Shown one piece after another: positions 1-10,209 of a stretch of DNA of 64,000 nucleotides. How positions within the stretch are numbered: position 1 is the stretch's first letter; every line of letters starts with the position of its first letter. The notes under the pieces were generated by a model. It was not told where the DNA came from. It did not search any database and saw only the letters and a program-made list of their open reading frames with translations. The position numbers were made by a program, and so were the translations under genes. The stretch is from Thermodesulfobacteriota bacterium (GTDB lineage: Bacteria > Desulfobacterota_D > UBA1144 > Nemesobacterales > UBA2774), in NCBI GenBank assembly GCA_965216785.1, contig OZ244197.1, forward strand, positions 32,001 through 96,000, given 5' to 3'.

Positions 1-873
1 TACAAGCTCTTCCCATTTAAGCTCACAGGCGATGCGGAGCTTGGTCCAGAAGATTGCTCAGTAACAGCTTCGTGCGTAATCAATTTTTACGGCAGGGCCT
101 ATTTACTCAGAAATATTCTTACATGCCTTAGCCAGCAGAGATTTGCAAAAGAGAGCTTCGAGGTGATTTTAGCCGAGGACAGGGGCGGCACAGAAGAAGG
201 GAAACAGATAGTCCGGGAGTTTGAGAAAGAACTGAATATAAAATACTTTACTCTCAACGAGAATTTCGGCGTAATGGGCTACGCAAGAAACTTTGCCCTT
301 TCAAAAACCACGGGAAATTACGTGCTGTTTTTGGACGATGATACCGTGATTTTAGAGCGCGATTTCCTGAAAGTGCTAGTAAGAGAATTTGAGGAAACCG
401 CAGCAGACGCCGTAATGCCATACGGCAGCGCGAGCTTTTCAGTAATTAAAGACAAATACGATTACCATGACCCCTACTTTCCGACCAACAGGTGTATGGC
501 ATACAGACGTGAAGCGCTCAAAGAGCTTTCAGGATTCGTATCTGAAATCATTGGTCAGGAAGACGTGGAATTTACCGTTAGACTAATTGCATCTCAGAAA
601 AAGATCTATCGCTCAAATATGCTTTCATACATGCACCCGCCTCTTATTTACAAGGATACGAATAAAGCCGCGGCAGTCGGCTACTCGTTTACCAGACTGA
701 GGAGCAGATATCCCCTTATTATCTGGCTATTACTTCTGTTAAACGGGCTTAGATACCTTCCGCTTTATCTTCTTCCCTTCAGCACCAAATACAGAATGCA
801 GGCTAAATTCAGCCTCGGCTTCGCAAAAGGAATCTGGTATTCGATAACAGGCAGAAAAATCGAGTACAGTTAA
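1..873 (+). CDS. Glycosyltransferase family 2 (5'-truncated by window edge)
   Basis: Frame 1 is open from position 1 (YKLFPFKLTG...SCVINFYGR...FEVILAED) to TAA at 871-873; GT2 motifs ARNFAL and VLFLDDD. Confidence 0.85.
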   Translation, partial: YKLFPFKLTGDAELGPEDCSVTASCVINFYGRAYLLRNILTCLSQQRFAKESFEVILAEDRGGTEEGKQIVREFEKELNIKYFTLNENFGVMGYARNFALSKTTGNYVLFLDDDTVILERDFLKVLVREFEETAADAVMPYGSASFSVIKDKYDYHDPYFPTNRCMAYRREALKELSGFVSEIIGQEDVEFTVRLIASQKKIYRSNMLSYMHPPLIYKDTNKAAAVGYSFTRLRSRYPLIIWLLLLLNGLRYLPLYLLPFSTKYRMQAKFSLGFAKGIWYSITGRKIEYS

Positions 874-1027
874 GGTTCTAATATATAGCAAGCTCTGTTA
901 ATCTATAATTTAATCTATTACATGTCTGAACACATACTAGGTGTTAAACTATTTACATTAATTAAATCGAGAACAGCATTGTATCCAAACTTTACATAAT
1001 TGGCTTAATAGAGTTAGGTAAGCACAA

Positions 1028-1834
1028 ATGTTTGATTTAGAAAAAGATAGATCACTAAGAGACCTTATCGAAACACAAAACAATAATGTTATAGACAAAT
1101 GGGAAGGATATTTCAGTGTTTATGACGATGAAACAGAATACTTAAGAAACAAACCAATAAATCTATTGGAAATTGGTGTTCAAAATGGCGGCTCATTAGA
1201 GGTATGGTGTAAATATTTCAGCAAAGCTAAGAATGTAATTGGAGTTGATATTGATCCCAACTGCAGTGGTATCTCATTTGATGATAAGAGAATAAAGGTA
1301 ATTATCGGCGACAGCAATTCCACATCACTAAAAGATGAATTACAAAATGTATGTCCTTATTTCGACGTAATTATAGATGATGGATCTCACAAATCCTACG
1401 ATATAATTAAGACGTTCACAGATCTTATACCGTTATTGAATTCTAATGGGGTATATATAATCGAAGACCTTCATTGTAGTTACTGGCAAAATTTCCAAGG
1501 CGGAGTTGAAAGACCGGACTCATCATTAAGCTTTTTTAAAAAAATAGTGGACGTAATTAACATTGAACACTGGCGGAATGGAAAAGATCTTAACTGGTTA
1601 TTTAGAGATGTGGGTCTTGTAAATATCAACAGTGAATCCATCGAAGCGTTAAGCAGAATAAAAAGCATCTCATTCTATAATTCAATGTGCATTGTTAAAA
1701 TGTCAGACGGTAAATATCAAACAATCGGTAAGAGATATGTAAGGGGAAGCGTCGGGACAATAGAAAAGAACGAATCTGATGGCACAGATATATCAGACGT
1801 AGATGAGCAGCAAGACTTAAACCCGTATAGTTAA
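1028..1834 (+). CDS. Class I SAM-dependent methyltransferase (Methyltransf_24-like, polysaccharide-locus type)
   Basis: LLEIGVQNGGSL, GVDID, FDVIIDDGSH and GVYIIEDL motifs; AT-rich. Confidence 0.85.
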   Translation: MFDLEKDRSLRDLIETQNNNVIDKWEGYFSVYDDETEYLRNKPINLLEIGVQNGGSLEVWCKYFSKAKNVIGVDIDPNCSGISFDDKRIKVIIGDSNSTSLKDELQNVCPYFDVIIDDGSHKSYDIIKTFTDLIPLLNSNGVYIIEDLHCSYWQNFQGGVERPDSSLSFFKKIVDVINIEHWRNGKDLNWLFRDVGLVNINSESIEALSRIKSISFYNSMCIVKMSDGKYQTIGKRYVRGSVGTIEKNESDGTDISDVDEQQDLNPYS

Positions 1835-1849
1835 TGTAAAAGCATTATA

Positions 1850-4800
1850 TCACTTTCTGTGATTTATTAAATCTGCATACCTGGAATTAAACAGTCTTAA
1901 TGCTTTTTGATATAACTCAAAATCTAAAGAATTCAACTCTGTAATCAAATTCATTAAATTAAGATCCAGATTTTGTACTTTCTCTATGTAGTTCTTCCCT
2001 ACATTCCGGACTAGGTATGGAATATCGAGCCCGAAATTAGCATTGAGTAAATGTAGCGATTTCTTATACTGCTCTGTTATACCGATAAAACCTATGTCTT
2101 CAGGTATAAGACCATTAATAAATTCAAACTGTCTATTTTGAAATTTTTCCGTATGCACAAACTCCAACAAAGTCCCCTTATATCCGTGATGATTTACAAA
2201 ATGATTATAGTCAGACAATACTCGTTGGACAGGCTCTCTGAAAAATACGATACAACGTTCTGGATTAACTATGCCCCGGTACCTTATAATCGGATAATGA
2301 CCTATTATAAAAATTTTGCCCTCTGAGACAAGCCTATTCCTCAGAGATTTCAGGTCATTGCTTTCGTACACAAATTGTCTTATGCAGGGCGATGTCAGGG
2401 ATTCATCTATTCCATAGTCATACGCTATATATTCCTCACCATAAGTTTCTTCTATGCCATTCCTTAAGCTTGTACCCGCGGTTTTTGGAATATGTACGAA
2501 AAAGATTGGATCTTTAAAGCTAATATCGAAAGTGTCTTCTCTTCTAGCGCCGGGTTGAAATGTTTTTAAAGTATTAACGGACGTTGCAGAATTGTCATTT
2601 ATATATTCAGAAACTGCAGATTCCAGCCATGGTTTATATACTTTTGTAGATTGCGCAATCTCAAACGATGAAGAATATAGAGAAAGATTGGGATTATAAA
2701 ATGGATCATTATCCAATGTATATCCCCATTTTGTTCTCATATAAGATATTTCTTTCTTAAATCTGTTTAGTTTCTCTGGCTCAGAATCATATCCTCGAGA
2801 CTTGCTTTCTAAATGGTAAAGCTCTGCATGAGGTGTCCATATAATCTTGTAACCGGCCTGCCGAATACGGATACAGAAATCCACATCATTAAATGCCACT
2901 GCCAGGTCTTTTTCATTTAGCCCTCCGATTTCATCAAACACTTCTCGTCTTACTGCCATACAGGCAGCAGTTACACAAGACAAACTATGAGTTAACATGA
3001 GCCTACAGAAATACCCAGGAAACTCTCGATCAGCATAGCGGTGTACATGGCTAGCAACACCTTCGATACCCAGAATAACTCCACCATGCTGTAGTGTATT
3101 ATCGGAATAGTAGAGTTTGGCACCGACAGCGCCGACCTCGGCCCGAATTACATGGCTTACCATTTCGTCAAGCCAGCCTGGATTTATGATCTTGGTATCA
3201 TTATTCAACAAAACACATACTTCTCCAGACGAACCGGCAATTCCATTGTTGACAAGTCGTGAAAAATTAAATGGACCTGGATCTTTTACTACCCTAACAT
3301 TATTGTTTGATTGGACATTCTCAAGAAACTCGAGAGCATCCTGCTCACTACTCCCGTTATCAACAATAATTATTTCAATTGGCTCATAATCAGTGCGGTT
3401 AAAAAGCCCGTCAATACAGGTCATGAGAAGCCCACTCTGATCTTTTGTAGGAATAATTACTGAAACGTGAGGACACTTTAAAGGTAATTCACGTTTTATG
3501 GATTGAAAACTTGAGTGGCCTTCGGAATTGGCTCTAGCACTCTGATTTGTCCGTTCGAAGTGTTCGTTTACTAACCTCTGTGCGGCATCGCGCGCTAGTT
3601 CTGATGAGCTGTTTGAAAAAGACGCATCAATTTCTCTCCAGTGATAAAGAATAAAAGGAATATGATATATCTCTGATTCCCTTATTATTTCCACTACCCT
3701 GAGAGCAAAATCCCAGTCCTGAGACCCCTCGAATCCTTCGCGGAATCCTCTCACTTTTTGGGCTAGGTCAGCTCTGTAAGCACCGAGATGACTGATCAAA
3801 TTCTGACCCAGGAAAAGATCATAGTCCCAGTCGGGTTTAAAATAAGGGGCAGAGCGCCTCCCTTCTGAATCTATCCGGTCTTCATCAGAATAAATTATTG
3901 CCGCATTAGGATTTTCATTTATTACATCTGTGACCAGATATAGTGCGTGCTCGGATAGTAAATCATCATGATCCAGAAGAACAATCCAGTCTCCGCTTGC
4001 CATTTCAAGAGCTGTGTTTGTACAGGCTGAAATGCCCCCGTTTTCCTGACGAAATGAGGGTCTTATTCGGGAGTCTTTCTCCTCATATTCCCTTAGAATA
4101 TTGTGTACTTCCATCGAGGTCGAGGAATCATCAACTATGCAAAGCTCCCAGTTTTCATATAGTTGTCCTAAAACAGAATCGATGGCTTGTCTTAGATACT
4201 CGCCTTTCGTATTATATACAGGCATAAGTACCGAGAACTTTGGATTGCTATCAAAAGACTTGATATGATTCCGTATCAGAGAGCGGTCTTTATCACTTAA
4301 GGTGTCATTTCCCTGTATCCATTTATAGTAATCGATATTATTTGAAGCATTCTTTTTGTTGAAGTATCTGGAGGTTCGTGGAATCTCATGCGGGAGCCGC
4401 TTTCCCCTCAGGTACCAGTATAACCTACCGGAGAATGTCTCTATTCCTTCATTTTTAAGCAGCTCTATCCCCAGCCCGGCATCTTCATACAAAAACGCTA
4501 CCTTGTTTTTGAGTAAAACGAACAGGTCAGCAATGCCCCTTAAAGGATGTGTAATCCGCCATGACCAAGTTACAAGTATGTTGGCTATTGTTTCCTGCTG
4601 TTCTCGAACCTGTTTTGATAATTCTAGATTCTTCCTATCTGATTCACTCAGCTTTGACTTTAGGCTATAAATTTTACTCTTATAGATTTCTTTTTCTTGT
4701 TGCAATATCTTGAAGCGTTCATCTGAGGACAAAAGCACCTCTTGCTCACCACTTAGTTCTTCAAGACGCTTTAGCAAGAGGTTTGTCTTTGCGAATGGAT

Positions 4801-5920
4801 TCGATGTCGAAGAAGAACAAGATGGGCGATGCTGCCTACAGATATCCGCTATGTAGTCCCAGTGCTTTTCAAGCTTGCCCTGTGCTGCTTTCGTAAATGA
4901 ACAAATACGAGGTGTTCCTGATTGTACCGCCCGCGCAAACTTTGCAATCGCACCTGAGTCCTGCGGCGAGGCATAGTAAACATTGTCTGATGCTTGCAAC
5001 AGTGTGTATTTGCCACCTTTGGCTTCGGCAGGCCGGAGCACAGGCAAGCCATATGCTAGCGCCGAAATCGAGAGATGCAGGCTCTGGGCAATGACACCGG
5101 CGCTATGCGCTACGAGCCCGGCAATTTCAATGGGTGATGGCCACTCCGGCAGATGCTTCGCCTTTGGGAGGACTTTTAGAAAAGGCGAGACATCGTCACC
5201 GAGAGCGGGTCCGATCGGCAGCACGAGGACATCGAGATCGGAAGGCACATCAGGATGGTAGAGTAGAGCTTCTATAATTGCTACCATTGATGGGTACGCC
5301 TGAACAACGATGTATCTATCTCTTAATTTAAGACGAGAGAGAAGGTTCTTCACCCGACTGCGTAAATCCTTTCGGGGAAAGTGGCGCGAGATTGCAAAGA
5401 CGGTATCAGGAACAACACTGCACGTGCCGTCGAAACCGGCCCTGCGGAGCGCATCGACACTAGAACGATCTCGTAGAGCAACATAGTCGCTATTTTCGAG
5501 TACTAAAGGTAGGAGTTTTTCAGACCATTCTGGAAATGCATCCGACGCACTTGGCGCATTCCAAATTACCGGCAGACCTGAACCAATACCTGCAAGAGCC
5601 GGTGCGAGCCAGTATCCTGTTGGATGAGGAATCTCCGGGATCGGCGGTGCGTAGCCAGGTGCCACAGCTTTATCAAAGCGGATGAGGTGGCCCCCTCCGA
5701 TCAGGATACAATCAAGCCTCTGTTGACCAGGCGGCTCCGTGTTCAAACTGGTGAGACTCTTAACGTCATAACACCATGACGGAGACCTCTTTTCATGATA
5801 TGAATATCGAACAAGTTCAAAATCTTCGAGCCGTTCATTAAGCTCCCGCTCCGCGATCATTGGAAACAGCAGATCGCCGTAATTCTCGACATCAAAAGTT
5901 CCGAAGATACCAATGCGCAT
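1850..5920 (-). CDS. Multidomain glycan biosynthesis protein: polysaccharide pyruvyltransferase-like + coiled coil + two GT2 domains + C-terminal sulfotransferase
   Basis: N-term NYGDLL/IGGG/LRDRSS/PDTV/SLH; coiled coil ending WSWRITHPLR; GT2 motifs SVLMPVYNT..LLDHDD and SVIIPTKD..LLNND; C-term FVHIPKTAGTS and FREPVQRVLS (PAPS-binding). Confidence 0.85.
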   Translation of the reverse strand: MRIGIFGTFDVENYGDLLFPMIAERELNERLEDFELVRYSYHEKRSPSWCYDVKSLTSLNTEPPGQQRLDCILIGGGHLIRFDKAVAPGYAPPIPEIPHPTGYWLAPALAGIGSGLPVIWNAPSASDAFPEWSEKLLPLVLENSDYVALRDRSSVDALRRAGFDGTCSVVPDTVFAISRHFPRKDLRSRVKNLLSRLKLRDRYIVVQAYPSMVAIIEALLYHPDVPSDLDVLVLPIGPALGDDVSPFLKVLPKAKHLPEWPSPIEIAGLVAHSAGVIAQSLHLSISALAYGLPVLRPAEAKGGKYTLLQASDNVYYASPQDSGAIAKFARAVQSGTPRICSFTKAAQGKLEKHWDYIADICRQHRPSCSSSTSNPFAKTNLLLKRLEELSGEQEVLLSSDERFKILQQEKEIYKSKIYSLKSKLSESDRKNLELSKQVREQQETIANILVTWSWRITHPLRGIADLFVLLKNKVAFLYEDAGLGIELLKNEGIETFSGRLYWYLRGKRLPHEIPRTSRYFNKKNASNNIDYYKWIQGNDTLSDKDRSLIRNHIKSFDSNPKFSVLMPVYNTKGEYLRQAIDSVLGQLYENWELCIVDDSSTSMEVHNILREYEEKDSRIRPSFRQENGGISACTNTALEMASGDWIVLLDHDDLLSEHALYLVTDVINENPNAAIIYSDEDRIDSEGRRSAPYFKPDWDYDLFLGQNLISHLGAYRADLAQKVRGFREGFEGSQDWDFALRVVEIIRESEIYHIPFILYHWREIDASFSNSSSELARDAAQRLVNEHFERTNQSARANSEGHSSFQSIKRELPLKCPHVSVIIPTKDQSGLLMTCIDGLFNRTDYEPIEIIIVDNGSSEQDALEFLENVQSNNNVRVVKDPGPFNFSRLVNNGIAGSSGEVCVLLNNDTKIINPGWLDEMVSHVIRAEVGAVGAKLYYSDNTLQHGGVILGIEGVASHVHRYADREFPGYFCRLMLTHSLSCVTAACMAVRREVFDEIGGLNEKDLAVAFNDVDFCIRIRQAGYKIIWTPHAELYHLESKSRGYDSEPEKLNRFKKEISYMRTKWGYTLDNDPFYNPNLSLYSSSFEIAQSTKVYKPWLESAVSEYINDNSATSVNTLKTFQPGARREDTFDISFKDPIFFVHIPKTAGTSLRNGIEETYGEEYIAYDYGIDESLTSPCIRQFVYESNDLKSLRNRLVSEGKIFIIGHYPIIRYRGIVNPERCIVFFREPVQRVLSDYNHFVNHHGYKGTLLEFVHTEKFQNRQFEFINGLIPEDIGFIGITEQYKKSLHLLNANFGLDIPYLVRNVGKNYIEKVQNLDLNLMNLITELNSLDFELYQKALRLFNSRYADLINHRK

Positions 5921-6103
5921 ATGTGTCTCACAAAGTTACTTCAGAGGAATTTGTAAAAATTTGAGTTTTAAATTCATGCTTCTCTTATTTTTATCCTTTT
6001 GCACTAAATTAGTCTGTCTGTTTTAAAAAAGAAATACAATACTCATTATTTCCTGAACATTACGAACAAAACGGTTCGGAAACTATTTCCCCCTCATAAT
6101 GAG

Positions 6104-6186
6104 TACAGAATGCAGTTTAAACTCAGCCTCGGTGTTGTACCCATAATCTGTTATTAGTGACCTGCAGAAAAATCAAGTATAATGAA
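6104..6186 (+). repeat. Degenerate direct-repeat copy of the GT2 gene 3' end (790-873)
   Basis: tacagaatgcag..aaa.tcagcctcgg...aatctg.tatt...gcagaaaaatc.agta is shared with 790-873; this copy has an in-frame stop and a 1-nt deletion. Confidence 0.75.
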
Positions 6187-6221
6187 TTCGCATTCTCACC
6201 CCTAACAGGCACATATTATCA

Positions 6222-6995
6222 ATGATTAAAAGAGTAATACCCTATAAAGACCTCTTCATAGTCTACGTATGGAGAGAATATAATATAAGATACCGCCATT
6301 CCATCATGGGATTCCTGTGGGCTATTATTCAGCCCTTGAGCATGATGCTTCTCTTTACATTCGTTTTCACATACATATTGAAGATACAGACATCGGACTA
6401 CCCGATAGCAATATTCTTTTACGCGGGACTCTTGCCTTGGACCTTTTTTTCTTCTTCAGTGAATTATTCTGTTTCAAGCCTTTCTGACAACTTTGATATA
6501 ATTACAAAGATTTATTTCCCCAGGGAAATACTTCCACTCTCTGGAATATCCGTGGCTTTTGTCGATTACCTCATAGCCTCGCTCATATTTATACCTATGC
6601 TTGTAATATATAAAATCCAAATCACATTAAATGTGCTCTGGATCATCCCTCTTTTCATTCTCCTATTTATATTTACAATATCGATGTCTCTTTTGCTATC
6701 GAGCTTAAATGTGTATTACAGAGACGTAAAACTTGCAATTGGGTTTTTGATACAACTTTTATTCTTTGCTTCTCCGATTCTTTATTCAATTGATGACCTG
6801 AGCATCAAGCTTAAATTGATACTATTGCTCAACCCTCTTACATTTATTATTGAAAATATGAGAAGATGCTTGATTGAGGGGCGAGGAGTGGTGTTGTGGC
6901 AGTTTTTAATAGCTGCATTATTGGTATTAGCATTCTTTTATCTAGCACATAAATTTTTCATAAAAACAGAAAGGGATTTTGCAGATGTCATCTAA
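6222..6995 (+). CDS. wzm: ABC-2 polysaccharide export permease
   Basis: RYRHSIMGFLWAIIQPL, KIYFPRE, YRDV, NPL motifs; six TM segments. Confidence 0.9.
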   Translation: MIKRVIPYKDLFIVYVWREYNIRYRHSIMGFLWAIIQPLSMMLLFTFVFTYILKIQTSDYPIAIFFYAGLLPWTFFSSSVNYSVSSLSDNFDIITKIYFPREILPLSGISVAFVDYLIASLIFIPMLVIYKIQITLNVLWIIPLFILLFIFTISMSLLLSSLNVYYRDVKLAIGFLIQLLFFASPILYSIDDLSIKLKLILLLNPLTFIIENMRRCLIEGRGVVLWQFLIAALLVLAFFYLAHKFFIKTERDFADVI

Positions 6996-7716
6996 CACAG
7001 TCATAGAGTTTCAAGACGTGTGGAAGAAATACTCCACACAGGACATTTTCCATAAATCCATAAGGGATGAGATCGCCAATATATTTTCCAAGACCGACAG
7101 AGAAAACCTCGGGCACGGAGAGTTTTGGGCTTTAAAGGGGATTAGTATGTCGATAAAAAGGGGTGAGTGCATAGGATTATACGGACCCAATGGTTCTGGA
7201 AAATCTACGATTTTAAAACTGATAGCATCAGTCACTTTTCCAAACAGAGGAGAGGTTAAAGTGGGAGGCAGAATAGCCCCGTTAATATCTGTAGGTGCTG
7301 GCTTTCATCCTGATCTTACAGGAAGAGAGAATATTTACACCAATGGAACTATAATTGGAATGACTATCAAAGAAGTAAGAGATAAAATAGAGGATATCGT
7401 TCAATTCTCGGATATCGATGAGAAGTTTATTGATATGCCAGTTAAGAAATATTCAACCGGTATGAATGCGCGGCTTGGCTTTTCTATTGCAATTCACAGT
7501 AGTGCGGAGATAATATTAATCGACGAAATACTCGCTGTTGGAGATGAAGCTTTTCAGAAAAAATGTCTAACTAAGATCGAAGAGCTAATTGAGAAAAAAA
7601 GAACCATAATTATCGTGTCTCATAATAAAGACAGGCTCCGAGAATTGACTCACAGAATATTATTTATTCAAACAGGTGAAATAATTGATTCAGAATACCA
7701 AGAAAAGGTACTATAA
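6985..7716 (+). CDS. wzt: Polysaccharide export ABC ATPase, no C-terminal CBM
   Basis: GPNGSGKST, GFHPDLTGREN, YSTGMNARLGF, IDEILAVGD; ATG at 6985 overlaps the wzm end. Confidence 0.9.
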   Translation: MSSNTVIEFQDVWKKYSTQDIFHKSIRDEIANIFSKTDRENLGHGEFWALKGISMSIKRGECIGLYGPNGSGKSTILKLIASVTFPNRGEVKVGGRIAPLISVGAGFHPDLTGRENIYTNGTIIGMTIKEVRDKIEDIVQFSDIDEKFIDMPVKKYSTGMNARLGFSIAIHSSAEIILIDEILAVGDEAFQKKCLTKIEELIEKKRTIIIVSHNKDRLRELTHRILFIQTGEIIDSEYQEKVL

Positions 7717-7745
7717 TTTATGTCATCACATTATTCAAAGAGGAT

Positions 7746-9173
7746 ATGATGGGATATAACCCAAAAGTAGCAATCGTAATAGTTACATGGAACAAAAAGA
7801 AGTATGTAGTAGATCTACTGAACTCACTAAAAGACATTAACTATAAAAACTATGAAATATTTGTAGTAGATAATGCGTCTACAGACGATACTTGCAAAGT
7901 AATAAAAGAAAAGTATCCATATGTGGATTTAATAGAGAATGAGGAAAATCTTGGGGGAACCGGCGGATTTAACACTGGGATGAAGTACGTTCTTGAGAAG
8001 GGCGGCTATAAGTATATATGGCTCTTGGATAACGATGCAGTGGTAGAGAAAGATACACTAATCGAGCTTGTTAAAGTTATGGAAAACGACAACGGCGTAG
8101 GTATTACAGGTTCTATAATAATGGAACCTGACAAGGAAATGATAGTTGAGCTCGGAGCATATGTATCATGGTCTATTGGAACATGGAAGCCAAATATGCG
8201 GAATAACAGAATAAGCAAAATGGAGCATCTCGAGAATGCAGAGGTCGATTATGTAGCTGCGTGCTCGTCTCTAGTACGTACTGAAGTTCTTGAAGAAATC
8301 GGAGTAATGGATGAAAGATATTTTATACATTGGGATGATATTGACCTCTCTCTGAGAGCCAAGGCTGCCGGTTATAAGGTAATGGCATCACCAAAGTCTA
8401 AAGCTTATCACGGGATCGAGGACAAACCCATTAACCCTCTAATGTCATATTATGACATTAGAAACGGGCTACTTACAATCACAAAACATCAAGACGGTTT
8501 AAGCAGGTTTATATATATAATGAACATGCTGAGGGGAACGAGTAAGGGTATCGTATACTCTATGTTAAGCGGACTTCACAATACTTCTAAGCTCCTGATT
8601 CGTGGGCCTATAGATTTCATAAGGGGCAAATTTTATAAAACTAATATTCAGGTGATCAAAAGTGAATATGATGACCCGAAAGTTAGAAAATATAAAATAG
8701 AAGATTTACCGCTCAATAATAATTCTAAAGTGATAATTCAACCTAATGCAAGCTACGCAGTCATTAAAAATATGGTACAAGAACTAAGAGAACTATATCC
8801 CGACTGCCATATTAGCTTACTGATACAGCAAGACAGACAAGAGCTTTTTAAAGGCCTTAAGATTGACCGTTTTATTACTTTTGAAGGATACAGACAATCA
8901 ACTATACAAACTATTTCGGTACTCAACAAGATACTACAATCGAATTATGATATTTGCATCAGCCCAAGCCGTTCACTTCTTCCGTTCTCACATGCTGTAA
9001 AAAAATACTTCTTGTATGATCATCAAAATGACTATTTTGTAAAGAGTAATGAAAATTTATTTGCATCCTGGAAGCTCTTCGTATCATTCTTTGCGGGGGA
9101 GTTACTAGCATTTATTCTTTTACCCTTCGTATATCTTAAGAGCTTTCAATATGAGACAGTAAAGAGCTCTTAA
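7746..9173 (+). CDS. Glycosyltransferase family 2 with C-terminal extension
   Basis: VIVTWN, VVDNASTD, NLGGTGGFN, WLLDNDA, WDDIDLSLR. Confidence 0.85.
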   Translation: MMGYNPKVAIVIVTWNKKKYVVDLLNSLKDINYKNYEIFVVDNASTDDTCKVIKEKYPYVDLIENEENLGGTGGFNTGMKYVLEKGGYKYIWLLDNDAVVEKDTLIELVKVMENDNGVGITGSIIMEPDKEMIVELGAYVSWSIGTWKPNMRNNRISKMEHLENAEVDYVAACSSLVRTEVLEEIGVMDERYFIHWDDIDLSLRAKAAGYKVMASPKSKAYHGIEDKPINPLMSYYDIRNGLLTITKHQDGLSRFIYIMNMLRGTSKGIVYSMLSGLHNTSKLLIRGPIDFIRGKFYKTNIQVIKSEYDDPKVRKYKIEDLPLNNNSKVIIQPNASYAVIKNMVQELRELYPDCHISLLIQQDRQELFKGLKIDRFITFEGYRQSTIQTISVLNKILQSNYDICISPSRSLLPFSHAVKKYFLYDHQNDYFVKSNENLFASWKLFVSFFAGELLAFILLPFVYLKSFQYETVKSS

Positions 9174-9227
9174 CTTACATCCACAAAATTATTTGAGAGA
9201 AACAAATTGATTTAGAGATAACAGGCT

Positions 9228-10139
9228 ATGTACTCTAAATTACCAAACTTTTTCATAGTAGGTGCTGCAAAATCAGGCACAACATCAATTTTTGCATATC
9301 TGTCTCAACACCCAGAAATTTTTTTTAGCCCTCTTAAAGAGCCTAAGTTCTTTTCTGTCTCAGCAAACACATTTCCTCATAAAGGACCTGGTGATAGTGA
9401 AGTTGACAATACTATAATTAAAGATAAGCACGATTACCTTAATCTGTTTAAAGGTGCTAAAGATGAAAAAGTCATTGGGGAAGCTTCAGCTGATTATTTA
9501 TATTTCTATAAGATTGCAGCACCTTTGATATACGAATGCAACCCTAATGCAAAGATACTTATAATTCTGAGAAACCCGGCTGAAAGAGCCTTTTCCGCTT
9601 ATCGACACATGCTGAAAGACAAAAGAGAAAGCCTCTCATTTGAAAACGCCATTGAAGCTGAAGAAAGTAGGATGGACAATAATTATGAGTTCATATGGTT
9701 TTACAAAGACGTTGGTCATTACTATCACCAAGTCCTGGAATATTTAAAGACTTTCAATAAAGGTTCAGTAAAAATTTGCCTTTTCGAGGATTTAACAAAG
9801 AATTCAAGCGAAGTTACAAGGGAAATTTTAAAGTTCCTTGAAGTTGATGAGTGCTTCTCACCGGATATAAGCGAAAAACATAATGTATCGGAGATAAAAC
9901 TTAACGAGTCGTTAGACCAATTCCTAAGCAGGTATAATCATCCTGTTAAAAATTTGCTTCGCCCCTTATTCCTCAACACTTTAGGTAAAGATAATACAGA
10001 AAGATTAGTGAATTATTTCAAAGGTAAGAATGTTCTTAGAATGAGATCAAAAACGAGGAAATCCCTGATTAATTTATACAGGGATGATATTATAAAACTC
10101 CAAGATTTAATAAAGCGTGATCTATCGTCTTGGCTTTAA
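9228..10139 (+). CDS. Sulfotransferase
   Basis: PNFFIVGAAKSGTTS (5'-PSB), KEPKFF, ILRNPAERAFSAY (3'-PB). Confidence 0.9.
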   Translation: MYSKLPNFFIVGAAKSGTTSIFAYLSQHPEIFFSPLKEPKFFSVSANTFPHKGPGDSEVDNTIIKDKHDYLNLFKGAKDEKVIGEASADYLYFYKIAAPLIYECNPNAKILIILRNPAERAFSAYRHMLKDKRESLSFENAIEAEESRMDNNYEFIWFYKDVGHYYHQVLEYLKTFNKGSVKICLFEDLTKNSSEVTREILKFLEVDECFSPDISEKHNVSEIKLNESLDQFLSRYNHPVKNLLRPLFLNTLGKDNTERLVNYFKGKNVLRMRSKTRKSLINLYRDDIIKLQDLIKRDLSSWL

Positions 10140-10209
10140 TTACTAGCATAATAACTTAGTAATGAAGGCTCTGAAATACAATTCCAGTTCTTGACCTCAC
10201 GTACGAATT

